From Chrysomallon squamiferum (taxonomy: Eukaryota > Animalia > Mollusca), in NCBI GenBank assembly GCA_012295275.1, contig CM022668.1:1674001-1738000 (forward strand): a stretch of DNA of 64,000 nt, in the 5' to 3' direction. A model generated the notes under the pieces. The model saw nothing but the letters and a program-made list of their open reading frames with translations. It did not search any database and was not told the DNA's origin. Both the position numbers and the translations under genes were made by a program. Position 1 is the stretch's first letter, and each line of letters starts with the position of its first letter. Shown in pieces: positions 1 through 14,489 of this stretch.

Positions 1-1175
1 GTTTATTATTTTTTGAAAAATATGTCAAAAAGTATTTACAGAATAATAATCCTAAATGATAATCTATATCTGACTCAAAAGTTTTAAGAAAACTTACAAA
101 TAAATAAAATAAAAAAAAAAAAAATAAAAAAATAAAAAAATAAAAAAAGAAATAAAAGAAAAATAAATAAAATTAAATTAAATTAATAAGAGATGGTCAT
201 TCTCTCCCCAAGAAATGAAATATTTTTTCAAAGTTTTTTTCAAAGCAGTGATAAAAAAAACATCAGTCCTCTGTGGTATAGCTAATTCCAGTTCCAACTC
301 TTTTTATAAAAACCACTATATGTGCTGCAAGTAATCCTGTGTTATATAATTAGCTATGTAGAGTGAGCGTCAGGTTTCTTCTCTTGTTGTTGAAGAATCA
401 TGACTCACATTACATTCATTTATTTATCAAACACCGTAAACAACCCTAACTAGACTTCATCTTATTGTTTCTTTTTCCTTAAGATTCAAAGATAGAGAGT
501 TAGATGTTAAGTTTCTGATAAAACTAACAAGATCTGTATCACACAAAGCCACTTTGTTTTCCTTTTACCATATATACATGTCCAGTGTGTTAGGTACTGT
601 GTTGTGTGCACTGCATAATTGTAGACAAACAGAATTAAGTTAAGTTATGAGGTCAGCTATAAGACATATGCTTCCCATTACACCTGTCGTGTCTTATGAA
701 GTCCTGCTACACAGGTGAATATGCAATAACTGACCTACGTCCAGCCAAACTTGGACATGAGATCAAGCCATGGATGTTGATTTTCTGTTTATTGGACAAA
801 ACAAGGTATACTTTTAATTATATTGTTTTAAATAGTTGATTGTGTTTGTATTTATTAAAGATTTTTTTGATTATTTGCAATATAAAACTGTTTTAAATTT
901 TTTATTAGTTTCTTATGTGGAAAAGCTTGGAATAAATATCTTCCATATGGTTTCAAATTTACTCATTTTGAATTATTTTACATAAAGAGTTGTTTTAATT
1001 ATATAACCAAAATACTAATTATAAAGGATCCTGTTAATTAATCATATATGCAGATACATCCTCAGAATGCATGCACACTTATGTATCTGCATATAAACAT
1101 AATTATACACATGCACACTCATTCAGTTACAGACATATATTTAGCATATTTTTACAGAATCAAAAGACAAATTAT

Positions 1176-1225
1176 GTGTTTGTGTGTGTGTGTGTGTATA
1201 CATATATATAGCGATAGAGAAAGAA

Positions 1226-1273
<48 letters not shown>
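1176..1273. repeat. (TG)n and (GA)n microsatellites
   Basis: Read directly. Confidence 0.9.
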
Positions 1274-1275
<2 letters not shown>

Positions 1276-1464
1276 ATTTCCTCATAAAATCTATGCTGAA
1301 TGCCATGTTGTTTTTTCATGCATGCTATGATGAGCAGATAGAGAACGTAACTTTGTGTCTGTGAAAGTGTTCAAGTTATTTCTGTCAGATTTCCCTCTCA
1401 TCTTTGTTTGTTGTCATTCTGCCAGTGTGGAGGTCTGAACTCACATAGTGATGTTCTTAATTAC

Positions 1465-1720
1465 ACTTTTTCTTTTCACTCTATGTTCACATACATATTT
1501 CTTATTTAACTATATTCACAAACACATTTTATTTAACTTTATGTTCATATATAAGTTTGCAATTTAATTCTATGATAATATAATTATTATTCAATTATAT
1601 TTTCATATGATATTTTAAATATATGTTCATATAAGTATTTCTTATTAATCTCTTTTTTTCATATAATTATATTCTTATTTAACTGTTTTCATACATATTT
1701 CTTATTTACTCTGTTCATGT
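1465..1720. repeat. Degenerate AT-rich minisatellite, unit about 30 bp (atatttcttatttaactctatgttcacatac-like)
   Basis: Recurring catatttcttattta and tatgttcat blocks. Confidence 0.55.
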
Positions 1721-2499
1721 TTGTTATCCAGCTATAATTTTTTTTTAAAGAATGTACATATAAATGCTCACTTGCTCCTTATCTTTGAATATGGGTTGAA
1801 TAATTATTATATAATTATATAATAATCATTATAAAATTGAGTACACATAAAATTGATTAAAGTCAGTATAAACAAAATACTTAACCCATTGTAAGATTGT
1901 ATGCTGAACAGCCATGTTGACAAAATAATCAGAATTTAAGCTCTAATTGTTTGAGATAATTTGTTTATATCAGGGCTTATTAATATCAGTTCAGCAGTTT
2001 TCCAGAATTAACCCCAATAACAAATTCTTTCATGTTCACACTTTCAGTCAGTGCAGTGACCTACAATAGCACATTTTTCTTAACCTACAAAAATAGTTAA
2101 AACACTGCCAAGATTCCCAAGAACCATTATATAAACAGAGATTTTTTTGTCTGTTTTTCTTCATTTTTTTTTTTCCTTCCCAGAAACTTCAGACAGAAAA
2201 CTGGTTTGTGGATCTAAACCAGGGCAGGTGTTAAAACTGGATTAATCTTCTTACATATTTTATTTTTGTCTTGCTAAAATGATTTTAAAAACATTGATTT
2301 ATGATTCAAACATTGTTTCTGAAGATTGATATTTATTTATTTATTTTTAATTATTATTTTGCATAAAATATATTTTAATTTTGCTAGTTGTAACAGACTA
2401 GAAGTTAAATAATTTTATTTAAAAATCACTTGGACAATTATTGAGATGCCAATATAAAACTAAACAAAGATAACTTATTTCAAGTAGTGAAAAACTAAT

Positions 2500-3430
2500 T
2501 ACGAGGTGTAACAATAAACTAAAATATTATTTATTTATTTATTTAAGATAAATTATGTATCCGATAATTGACAAGTAGTGCTTTGAGAATAGTTTATTTA
2601 TTTTCTTACGAAACAGACACAAATATAAATTAGAATCGATACAAACAGAAAAATAAAAAATATAATCAGTCGTAAAAACAGAATGTATTTAAATTTAATA
2701 AAAAATAAGAAAACCTCGTCATTTCCACAGATATCTTCTAATAATTGTCAAAAGAAATCACCATAACGATTACGGTGCCTCGAATCGATACCTTTTCAGT
2801 TTTCTACATGAACAGCGTCAACAAAAACCTTTGTTTCTTCCGATGAGGAGATAACTCGTCTACACTAATCTGTTTCATTTCGCAACATGACTCTTTTAAT
2901 TTGAAGGTTAAAAAAAGTATCGTCGGGTGCGAGGTAAAATTCGAATGGTGTCTGATTTTTTTTTTTTTAAACTCGAAATAACGGATTTATTTTAAAACTA
3001 GTACTCTCACTGGATTGAAGCAGAAGTGAATAAGCAGAACACAAATAAGGTATGCTATGTAAATAAGATTTTTAAAGAACGTTTTAATACAGACTGTGAT
3101 ATCGTCAGTCAATTATTGACGTTGACCCGTTTGTTGACGACATTCCCAATCCCTGTCTCCGGTCATGACATCTACTGATCTAGTGTTCTACGCAGCTTAT
3201 TATCTTAAAATATTTAATATTATTAAGTCAAAATTTGATTTTGTATAAAGAATAGAAATACTTCAGATGAAAAATAATCTGTCTTTCTCTCCCGCTGTCT
3301 TTTAACATAAAAAAAAAATACGTGGCAAAAAATCTGTAGTATTTTGAGTCACTCAAAACTATCGACGATCGTATATAATGCTACAGTGGTGATCATCATA
3401 ATGGTTAATCAATGACACGCCTATTCACGC
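2500..3430. promoter_or_regulatory. CpG-rich promoter-like island with a probable non-coding first exon ending at 3049
   Basis: About 30 CpGs in about 930 bp, against about 6 in the preceding 2.5 kb. Donor-like AAG|gtatgc at 3049/3050. Two AATCGATA motifs at 2634 and 2783. Confidence 0.6.
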
Positions 3431-4924
3431 AGGCAATAACATATTTCAGCTGTTGCTCAAATGATTAACTATCCATTTAAATTTCAACAATTAAAGCAGT
3501 ATATTAACATTTAAATGCATTAGAGAAATCCAAATGATATAAATTATAACATATTAAGGTATGTCATTTAGCAACCGATTAAAAGTTGACATTTATTTCA
3601 GTCTTCACACTTGCATGTATTAAGATACATAAACAATGATAGATACATCATTTTAAATTAACTTACAACACACACACACACACGCCTGTGTAGGTAATAA
3701 TATGGTTTCTTTTCATGTTTGAAATAGAAAGGGGTCAAGTGATAATGATATTGCTATTTTATATGACAGAGAATGTGAATTTCAGCTGTAAATAATTTCA
3801 CTTTTTCTGTCATTTGAGATGAGCAGCAATTGCTAATGTTTAGTTCATTCAGTGTGGATCTGCTGAAGGATAAGTAACAGTTACTTTTTATGTGTTAAAA
3901 ATCATTTGCACTTGGCCTGTTCCATTCTTTACTAAAAACTGACCAGCCTTAAATGGTTCTTTTACATGCAAGGCTGACAAGTCAGAGATTAAGTGTACTA
4001 TAAGTGGTCAGTGAAGTGAAACTTCTTTACAGTTTAGGTATCTAGATTTTGTTCATAGCCCATAAATAACTAATCTGTGTCAGTTATGAAAATATGTTAA
4101 TGGGAGAAGTAAAAAATATATATTATTAGAAAACTTAAGACTTGTAAAAAAAATATTTTTTAATCCTTTAGAATTTTATTTAATTTTTTGGTGAGTAAAA
4201 AATAAATCTGCCCATATATTAATAAAAATGTTTATCCAGATAAAAAATATAATCTGGTAAAAGAATTTGTATTGAGAAACAGTTTTGTCATTCATTTGTT
4301 TGAACTTTTTTAATTAAAAGAAAATACGTAGTATTATTATTTTAATTATAAATTTACAAAACGACAATAACAAAAAAAAATAACAATATCATGAATCATT
4401 GTGCATCAGTTGACACCTTTGTTATAGGTGCACATTGTGGCTGACAGTTGCCAATGATAACCTGTCATTAAGAAAACCATATCTCTCATCATTTGTTTAA
4501 TATTTATGTCATTGTACATTAGATCACAGACAGTACAATAACATCAGTGACCAGGTGATTACACTAGCCTGAATTTACCTTGCCTCATTCAGTGTGACTG
4601 TGTGACAGATTTATTTGAATTGGTAGTTTAAACTCATTGAAGACCCAGGCTGTCTGTCTCTACAGTATTTCTCTTCTGCTTGGCAGTTTTCACCTCTCCA
4701 TGCATAGGTGTGGGATTTATATTGTTTGCTGATGTGTACAGAGACAACTTTGATGGTCTAACCAGGTTTTTCATTATTTCCAGTGATAGTCTTTACCTGG
4801 AGTTACAAAAAGACATTTTTCTGACAAAGAGACATTTGAGTTGCAGGTAAAAAGACAGGTGATACAGATATATAAAAAGAAGAGTGTGTATATATGTTTG
4901 TGTAAGGAAACTAAAATGTTTATG

Positions 4925-5009
4925 TACTAATTATATTGGTTATTTATTTTTTTATAAAAGTGGAGTGTTACTAATTATATTGGTTACATTTTTTTTTATA
5001 ATAGTGGAG
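4925..5009. repeat. Tandem duplication, about 44 bp
   Basis: tactaattatattggtta...tttttataa.agtggag occurs twice. Confidence 0.8.
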
Positions 5010-7187
5010 AAAATATAAATACTTTAAATCATTGTAAAAACACACACATGCAGATACACACAAGACAGGTTAGATAAATAGGGAGATAAATAAACACATA
5101 GTCAAGTGCATTTGATCATTTATTTGATCTGTAAACACACCTTACTCCAGGTTTGGAAATAAAATTCATAGCAAGCTAAAAACAGTTACAGGACAGGCAT
5201 ATGAACAAGTACTGGTGTTTATTTTTAATCATCTTATTTAGTAAAGGATATGATACAGTTAATGTTTTGGCTACCAAAAGGATGTTAACTGTTTGCAACT
5301 GGAATCCGGAGTTTTGTTTCTGTCACATGGGAGATGGATAATATGTATATCTGATACCAGTCTAGTAACAGGAAAAAGCACTTTCCATTGTAAACTGTAA
5401 ATTATAATAACTGCATATTGCAAGTTCAAGTTTACAGTATTTTGTTTTCTTTTTTTTAAATTTCTTTTCATTTTATTTTTGGTTTTATTTTATTATTATT
5501 TTTTAATGTTTTACACTTTACTTATTTATTATTGTTATTAATTTTTTTAACCACACACGCACAAACATACACTCAAATATATACACCACATATAGACAAT
5601 TTTAAAATAAAAATCTAAATATTAATTTGCAGATTATATTACTTATAATCACTATTTAGATATCTAATTCAAAACTTAATTTTAATGACTGGTGGTAATA
5701 TATTTATGTTTACTTTAAGATAACACACTTGACTTAAGTTGTTGTAATGATGTGTGCTTTGTATCTCATCTCTAATCTTTATTTGGCAGCAGTATAAGTG
5801 TATCAATTACTTTGTTATTGAATAATGTGTACTTTTTTCCTAAAGGTTAATTTATTCTGATTGACAAGATCAGATGGTAAATCAGAATTATGAATCTAAA
5901 TATTTTGCAAGATGTAAACCATATGTTAACAAATGATTATTTCTTCATTGAAAAAAAGAGAAGAAGGAAGAAAAGAACAATTGTGAAATCACAATTGTAA
6001 AATCACATACCTGTTATTTGAGAAATAAATAAATATGGGAACAGGCTACAGTCATTATCAGATTATTATAATATCTGTATAATCATGATAAATATTCATC
6101 AATGTGGTGTTAGAAAATTTGATACTCTTTTGAAATGAAAAATGGTTTTATTATTTTTTTTTCTTCACCTACCACTATGCATGTAAAAATGTTAAAAAAA
6201 AAATTCATTAAGCATCGAGTTTGTGTTCTTTCTTATAATTTATGGAACTGGCTTCATCAGCAGACACAGTTAGTAGAGACTATATTAGCAGAACTAAATT
6301 TCATTTGAACAGTGGCCTGCAAGATTATAAAGACCTGTAAGTAATATGTATGGAAATTTATACAAAATGTATAGATTCTCGGTATACAGTTGAACAGCTG
6401 TGCTCAGAATATTGCGTTATTTATTACTTTGTGATATTCCTAGCAGCAGCAAGCCTCAGGTGTGGAGATATCCTCACACAGAGACAACTGGTGTTGGAAA
6501 ATGATTTAGAAAGCGTTTGTCAGGTACATCATGACCTGTTGTGTGTTTGTCCCTTTTAATTGTGTCTGGATGCACTTTGTAAATGAGTGTGAGTAAATTC
6601 AGTCAATACACGCTTGCTTATACAATACTGCAGACTGGTTCAGCAGTTTATTTTTAAATTGCACAGTAAGGAATAAATATCTGATGTTTTGAATTGTATT
6701 TTGTTTAGAAATTATACAGTGCAGAATTTACATCTATTTTTGAATAGTGTAATACAAAAAAAGGAATAAAATGTTTTTGAAGTATATAACAGAGAAATAT
6801 GTGTTTTGTTTTTGATTTGAGTTATGTAGAGCCTATATTCTAATTTTTAATTACAATAAATATAGGTTTTTTTATAGTTAGAAGACATATTCATAAATAT
6901 AAATATAAATAATATATTCACCATTCATACTGACTGTTTAATTTGAAAATGTTAACAAGTTTAAAAAAAGTTGAAGTTGTGTTGTACATGTCCAGTGCTG
7001 ACAGATGGCCCAGGTGGTTATCATACATATTATACCTGTTAGCACTTTTCTGTCAGCAGGTTTCACTTGTTGCTTGTCAGATGGTGATGAACACTGTTAG
7101 TTACACAACTGTTACACGACCTGTATAACCTCACATCCATCTAGTTGATTATTTTTATTTCATTTTTATTTTTATACTTTGTATGTA

Positions 7188-7191
<4 letters not shown>

Positions 7192-7229
<38 letters not shown>
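7192..7229. repeat. (TG)n microsatellite
   Basis: Read directly. Confidence 0.95.
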
Positions 7230-7230
<1 letters not shown>

Positions 7231-8422
7231 TCTGTAGAATATAATATTTGGATATGCATATCAGTCACTCTGTATCTATCATGATATGAAAACATACCTG
7301 TTATAGGATATGAATTCACCAGTTTTTCTCAAGTGCCGTATTTAATTCTTAATCTGCAGTAACAATTGGACCATTCAACAGAAATCTATTGTTAAAAGAC
7401 TTCACATAAAGTATTCTTGCATTTGTTGTTTACCCATATTATAAACAAGGTTGTCTGATTTCAAATTATAAATACATTTTACTTATATTTTTTCATTTTG
7501 TATTTTGATTTATTTTATTATTTGATTAGCTAAATTTTTAAGGAAAAGCAAAATATGAATAATGACAATAACTGCAAATATATCCAGTGAAACAAAGCAA
7601 TTTGTTGACTTCATGTTGTTATTAACAGTATTTTGTATAGGAGATTAACATATTAGCACAGGAAATTACTGTGTTGCTAATAAAACAAATACAGGTTTGT
7701 GAGATTTTTATAACAGTTTAAAGCAGATTTTAATTACTTTGAATGGTGGGCTATGGCTAAATATTTAATTTATGATGCAAGATCCTTATGTCAGTAACAA
7801 CATGTTGTTACAAAGTGTGTACTTAAAAGCCTAGCTGCTCCTTGGTGAAGTAAGGGAGTGTTAGCTGAGCTTTAGAGTAGATTGAAATACATTAACATTC
7901 ATTTAAATTCAACAGGTTACTGTTAGGACACAGAAATAATATTTTGTTTATAAGTTATGATCCATTCCAATAAGAAATTCAAGAATTGCTTCCCTTACAC
8001 ACATACACATGGTGGACATGCTTCACTGAGGCTGATTATATTAGCTTTATATTTATTATGATCAGTCCTTTCTTAATTCATATTTCATTTCAAATGGAGT
8101 CTCTAATGTTGAAAACTTGATGGATTTGTTGACATCCTTAAATGACAGTATACATTAACTCTCTAGGGGGTAGTGATAAACATGCAGATTAAGTTTGTTT
8201 TAAGGTAATAACAGTTGAATTGTTTAAATTTGCCATTTAGGTTATGTCTTCAACTTTGCTTAGATGTATTAATGCTTGCTAAAATTAAATTAAAAAAAAA
8301 AAACAACAACAAGGAAACCTAACTCCTTCGTATAAGTAGTTTCGCCATCATAAAAAAAATAAAGTTAGTAAACTGCCTTAAGAATCTGTTTTCTGAAAAT
8401 CTTTAATTAATCTTAATCTTTT

Positions 8423-8531
<109 letters not shown>

Positions 8532-10711
8532 CATGCATGCATCCACTTCCACTCACATACAAGCACACATGCAACAAGACATTGGTAAATTTAACTGAAC
8601 ATTAATATTAATTATGTTTTGTCTTAAGTTTGATATTAGTCTTATTATAAATTTTGATTTTTGCATTTGTGACATATGTAAATAAATCAATTTAAAACTG
8701 ATATATATATATTTTATTTGTTTATTTAAAAAACATTTTTTATGTAATATGTAAATATGTTTTATATTGTCAGACATTGTTCTCTGTAACTAATCTTTTG
8801 GTAATAAGTAAATTTGTTTAACATTGCTGTAGTGAAATATATTTTTAAACTAGTTTCAAAAAAATTATATTAATTGTTCTTGACATTAGTTCTGAAGGTT
8901 TTTTTTTTGTAACCATAATTTTTGTTTATAAAATCTTAATGGTGTTATTTAGTTCCTGACATGTTAAAACAAAGTTATGTGTAGAAAACCAAGTAATACC
9001 TATTCGAAATGTTTAGAAATACATTTTCTTTCTTTATGAGAAGTCACAGTAGAGGAGGACTGGGAGGAACCAGTCTCCTTCAAACAAGTAAAAATCTGTG
9101 TTAAACAAGAGGCCTGTCAATGTTTGTTCATCTGCCTGATCAAATGTCTTGTTTGTAGACTTCTCCCTGCCCTGGTCTGTCCTACTGCCTCAGACTGTTT
9201 CATCTTGTTTCTCTCCGTTTTGTCTCAGCTCAACCATTGTGTTTTCTCAGCATGTGAAGCGGTCAGTCTGTACTCTGCTGTCATTGTGATATATTTGTTC
9301 AGTTTTTATCTATTTTAGTACCATAGGTTAAGTTGTTGGTGAACCTGTAAATGAAGAAGTCAGTTTTTTTCTAGTATGTTTGGTAAACACTGTGATCATG
9401 CTATTATGCTTGTCAATAATGCTGACCAAAGTGGAGTGCTTATGATACATTAATGTGTGCTGGGAATATTCTGCTTACATTAAATCATATGACTGTCTGA
9501 TATATATTCTTGTATTCCATGGAGGAGTATATTTTTGTAATGTATATATATAAGTAATTGTTTACAATAAGCATATCTGTATGCACAAGCATAAGAGCTT
9601 GTATCAAAATAAATATATTTATATTACATTTATTTCTGTATGGATAACACGATTTAGAAAACACTGGAATACTTATGGGAAACCGCAAAAAATACTTTGT
9701 TGTTTTTAGATGAGAATTAATTTTATACTGAAACTTTAAATATGGTTGTGATGTATGTTCTGGAAACAGTTGTATAATCAAGATGAATTCAGTTCAGATT
9801 CACTGAGTTGTAAATTATGTTTGAAATGTGTAAAACTGTTAACACTAGAAATTCACCCAATTTCATGTGTAATGTGGTTTAAAATGTTTTGACATCATGG
9901 AATAAAAAGTGGATAATTCAGCAATGGCAAATTATCAGAAAACATCAAGTAAGTGAGCAGTGTCTTTTAGTTAATAACTTAAACAAATAATCATAATTAA
10001 ATTTACAGAATTTAATATATATATATTTTTTTATAGATCAAATGTAAAGCCATGTTTGGATATTCTCTCTAGCTTAGAAATATTTCTATAATTTCTAAAA
10101 TATTAAAAATGGTTTTTTGTTCTGGGTGTGTACTTGAGGATTGGCTGTTTATTTAGCAGTACATTTTCTGTCTTGTTTTAAAATGGAGTGTGTGTGTGTG
10201 AGTGTGTGTGTGTTTGTATGTTTACATATATATATATTTCTGCAATAAATACTGATTGAACTTGCAAGATTTTAAAAGTGTCAATTTAGTAGTTTAAACA
10301 TCGTCCACTAGTTAAATAACTTTTGTGTATTTATTTAAATAGCAAATGAAAGTGTAGAATGTTAAATGCCTGTAGTTGTTTTATTTTATATTAGAAGCTT
10401 TTCTTTTCACTAATTGTATTTGAAAAGTAATAGATAAGTATAATCAGAGCACCTTGTACCAATAAATACATTTCTTTTCCATAAACCTTCTAGATATGAT
10501 TAATGCAAAATAAAGGCTTGCACAAAGAATCATTGTCTATAAAATGAAGTGAACTGAAAGAAAAGAAAAATCAATAAATTAAATATGAGCAAGTTATAAA
10601 TTTACAATTATCGTTAATTTTTTTTTTGGATGTTGGTTATAAAACCTAAAAAAAAAAAAAAGCTGACATGTTGACAAATGATTAAGTGGTTGGGTTTTTT
10701 TCTCTATTTAG

Positions 10712-10744
<33 letters not shown>

Positions 10745-10993
10745 GTGTTTTACAACTTTTTTTTTTTTAATTAAATGTCTGCAGTGTCTAGAACATTTTT
10801 TGGTTATTATTATTAAATTTTATTTTGAAGTTCACAAATTAATTTCTAGGTTTTGTCCCTCTTAATGTATTAAGAATTTATATATATATATATTTAGTTC
10901 ATAAATTATTTTTCAGTGAAGTTCTGAAAAATTAGTAAGTATTGAGTATTAGTAAGTTTTTCTTTTTCAGTGACATATAATTTTATGTTTCAG

Positions 10994-11101
10994 GAAGCCA
11001 CATACTGAGTGGACAAAATGTAGATCTACTGACTTACAACTCATCATTGATTCACAGCAGTTCTACCACCAGCTGGCCACACAGATATAGTTACAGACAT
11101 G
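10994..11101 (+). other. Probable upstream exon (5'UTR or coding extension) of the supervillin gene
   Basis: ttttatgtttcag| acceptor and ATG|gtatgt donor; 108 nt; open as a phase 1-1 exon in frame with the 13997 exon (SHILSGQNVDLLTYNSSLIHSSSTTSWPHRYSYRH). Confidence 0.55.
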
Positions 11102-12794
11102 GTATGTTAAATAATATTATTGTCAGTTATAATAATATTTTTATTAAATAATTTGTTGAAGAATGCTAACAAAACAAGTTATTAGAATAACACATTATGG
11201 TGATGTATAAAACAGAGTTCATGTAATTTGTTGATTTAAATTAAAATTGTTTGATGTATAGTTAAAAAATATAATTGTCAACTAATTATATTTATTATTA
11301 CCCATTTATCATGAGGGTACAATGGTGATGATGTCAGTGTATTTTCAGTCTTTGGATATTAATGTCCAAAAATGATTTAACCAAACATACACAGGATGTT
11401 AAATTTCAAATGAAAAATTTAGATAACCTTTTTCAAACTATTACAATAATTAAACACATTCATACGTGGTGAAACATGAATGCATGTTCTCTCTTTCTCA
11501 CATGTACACACACACACACACATACACATATTCACATATTCACTGATATATATGTATGCACATATTGACATGCTACCTTACTTGGTCCATTATTAAAATA
11601 ATTATAAAACTTTAAATCTATGTATCAAAATGCAACGTAACATAGAAAGATGAAACAAAAATTGTATGAAAAGACTGAGTCAGCTTTAAAAGTTTCCATT
11701 CTACACTCAAAATGTCAAAAATGAAAATGAATACACTGCAGTATGATAGAGAAGTAATAATTATGCATGGTATTATGATATTCAGTATCAGAGTAATGTG
11801 ACAAAATATTTAGTTTTAAATTTTTTTTGTAAAGAAGAAATAGGAAGTCTTACCTTTGCATGTGATAGTGCAGTGGACTGAAAACACTTGACAGCAACCT
11901 AGTGATATTGTCATGTTTGTAACAAGCTAATTATTTATCTGTTCATGTGGTACAAAGAAACTTGCTGTCAGTCTTCATATTCAAACTGAAATCACTGAAT
12001 GTTTTTCTGCCTTATAGTCATGGAATGCTCTTATTTATTTATTTATTTATTTATTAATTTATTTATATTCTGCTTAAAACATTATAGTGTGGATATGAAA
12101 GTATGATATTTTAATGAAACTGTTATTATCAGATATAAATATTAAGACAGACAGTTATGGTTTTAAGTTAATTCTGTTATGATTGTTTGCATATAGATCA
12201 GATCTTAAAAGAAAGATTTCATTCAAATTCCTGTAATGCTACCACTACAAAGGTGATAGAAGATATATAATCTGTGAATAACAGCCTGTTGAAAACGTTT
12301 GGGAATGGTGTTTGTCTTATTTTATACAAAGTTTTATGGACACATACAATAATAGTTTGTATTCACAGACGTAAGTGATTTAATATATTGTCTGAAATGT
12401 TTCACTTTTTTTATTGATCTTGTATCTTCTAAGCAGAAGAATATAATTGTATTTTTTTTTTTTTTTTTTTATCAATACAAGTATCTGTGTAAGTATGTAT
12501 ATAAATAGACTGTATAAAAGACGAATAAGCAGGAAGTTTGTAGTGGTCTGGTAAAGTACTTTTGTTAACTGCAGTTAGTGCTAATTTCTTTTTTCTTTAA
12601 CCCTTTAAGCAGTTTGATTGATACAGTTAATATTTACTAATGCTGGTAAATATCTTTGTAAATTATAAGATTACTAGTGACCAGTCTTTACCAGTCATGA
12701 AGTACGAATATATGATAATAATAAAGTCAGTAAGAAGGACAAATAAAACTATTTTGCTTAGGTCGTTTATCATAAAATAAAATATAAATAATAA

Positions 12795-12860
<66 letters not shown>

Positions 12861-13000
12861 TATAATGAGAAAAAATAAAAACATTAAAACAAAATTAATC
12901 TTAAAGGGAATAAAAATCAAATAAAATGATAATATATATATTTTAAATAAACAATTATGGGTTTCTTCTTCTTCTTCTTCTTCTTCTTCTTCTTCTTCTT
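12795..13000. repeat. (AAT)n and (TTC)n microsatellites
   Basis: Read directly; they explain the poly-I and poly-E runs of ORF 12663-13118. Confidence 0.9.
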
Positions 13001-13347
13001 TATTATTTTTGATGGTTATAAATATTAACAATTTAAGTTCATACTGGTGAATTCTGGGTAGTGTATTATCTACAGCAGTGTTGACACTGTGATCTGTCTG
13101 ATTGTTGCTGTAAGACATTTATGTTTTCCCAGCTGTTAACATTGATTTGACAAGGTAACTTACCTTGTCAATCTAAGTCAATATATCTACATACCTACAG
13201 CAACACTGACATAGTTGAGAAGTCACTTTTATAATAAAAAGTTCTAGAAAAGCTCTTAATGTCTCTATAGATGAAAAAACAGTAATAATATCATGTTTTG
13301 GTTTGCAAAAGAAATGTAATTCAGTAAATGCCAAAGGCACAACATTT

Positions 13348-13365
13348 AAAAAAAAAAAAAAAAAA

Positions 13366-13437
<72 letters not shown>
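13348..13437. repeat. Compound poly-A/(ACT)n/(AAAT)n
   Basis: Read directly. Confidence 0.9.
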
Positions 13438-13996
13438 GTAAACAAATAAAATAAACATAATACTTAGTTAACAAATTTTAGCATTTTGTAAATTATCCTT
13501 AATTTAAATTTAAAATTTAGTCTGAAGAATGTCTTTTTATGGCATATAAATAAAGAAATAAATTCCTTTAAAAAAAAACCAGACAAAAAAAAAATATTGT
13601 TTTCCAAACCTTTTAGTTTTAGGGGAGAAAAAATATTCATAGAATTATTTAGCAATTTATGTATTCTCATACATTTGTGAAAGGAAAGAGAGTATTTTAA
13701 ATAATTATTAAAATGTCAAAAAACACAAACATTTAGATTGAAATGTATATTTTATATATGTGAATTTATATTGATTTTAAAATTTAAGCCTGCACACCTG
13801 GTACACTGCTAGTTTGAGGTTTTCAGTTATAATGACATTACCTTGAAGACTGGATGTATTTGATATGTTATTCTTTTTTAATTTTATATTGCAGAAATGT
13901 ATTTAGCCTTAAAATGTTTCAGACATGTAGATTAAGATTAAAGCAGATTTTGTAAACAGATGTTAACAGCAGCTTCTTTTTCTGTCTTTTTTGAAG

Positions 13997-14078
13997 TTTC
14001 CACTCCAAGGGAATTTTCATTAACGGCTCCAGAACCATTTTCAAAAATCTACACAAAAAGTGACACTACTATGTCAAG
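13997..14078 (+). CDS. SVIL: Supervillin exon carrying the likely start ATG (14071; MSR)
   Basis: Pyrimidine tract plus gaag| acceptor; actATGt context; ATG TCA AG|gtacgt phase-2 donor in frame with the next exon. Confidence 0.65.
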
Positions 14079-14104
14079 GTACGTGAATGAAATTATAGAA
14101 ACAA

Positions 14105-14107
<3 letters not shown>

Positions 14108-14166
<59 letters not shown>

Positions 14167-14253
14167 GTCTCTCTGTCTCTCTATGTCTCTGTCTCTTTGT
14201 CTCTCTCTCTGTCTCTCTATGTCTCTCTCTCTGTCTCTCTCTCTCTGTCTCTT

Positions 14254-14318
<65 letters not shown>
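14108..14318. repeat. Compound (CT)n microsatellite
   Basis: Read directly; fills about half of intron 14079-14489. Confidence 0.95.
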
Positions 14319-14321
<3 letters not shown>

Positions 14322-14489
14322 ATTCTGTTTCTAACTATGTCACTGTTTCTAACTATGTGTGTCTGTGTAAATGTTGTTCATTTTTTGTTCAGTAATTTTG
14401 TTCATACTTTATTGTGCACTAAATTATATATGCTTTTTTTCTCACATAAAAGCTCATAAATTGAATATGATGTAATAAATATTAAGCAG

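Noticed and set aside
770-805. ATG...AAG|gtatac mini-exon (MDVDFLFIGQNK)
   Set aside because: Weak donor, and phase 0 does not match the nearest downstream acceptors; could only be UTR.
6350-6559. 69-aa ORF in a GC-richer patch of the first intron
   Set aside because: No recognisable protein, and no donor in the phase needed to join exon 10994.
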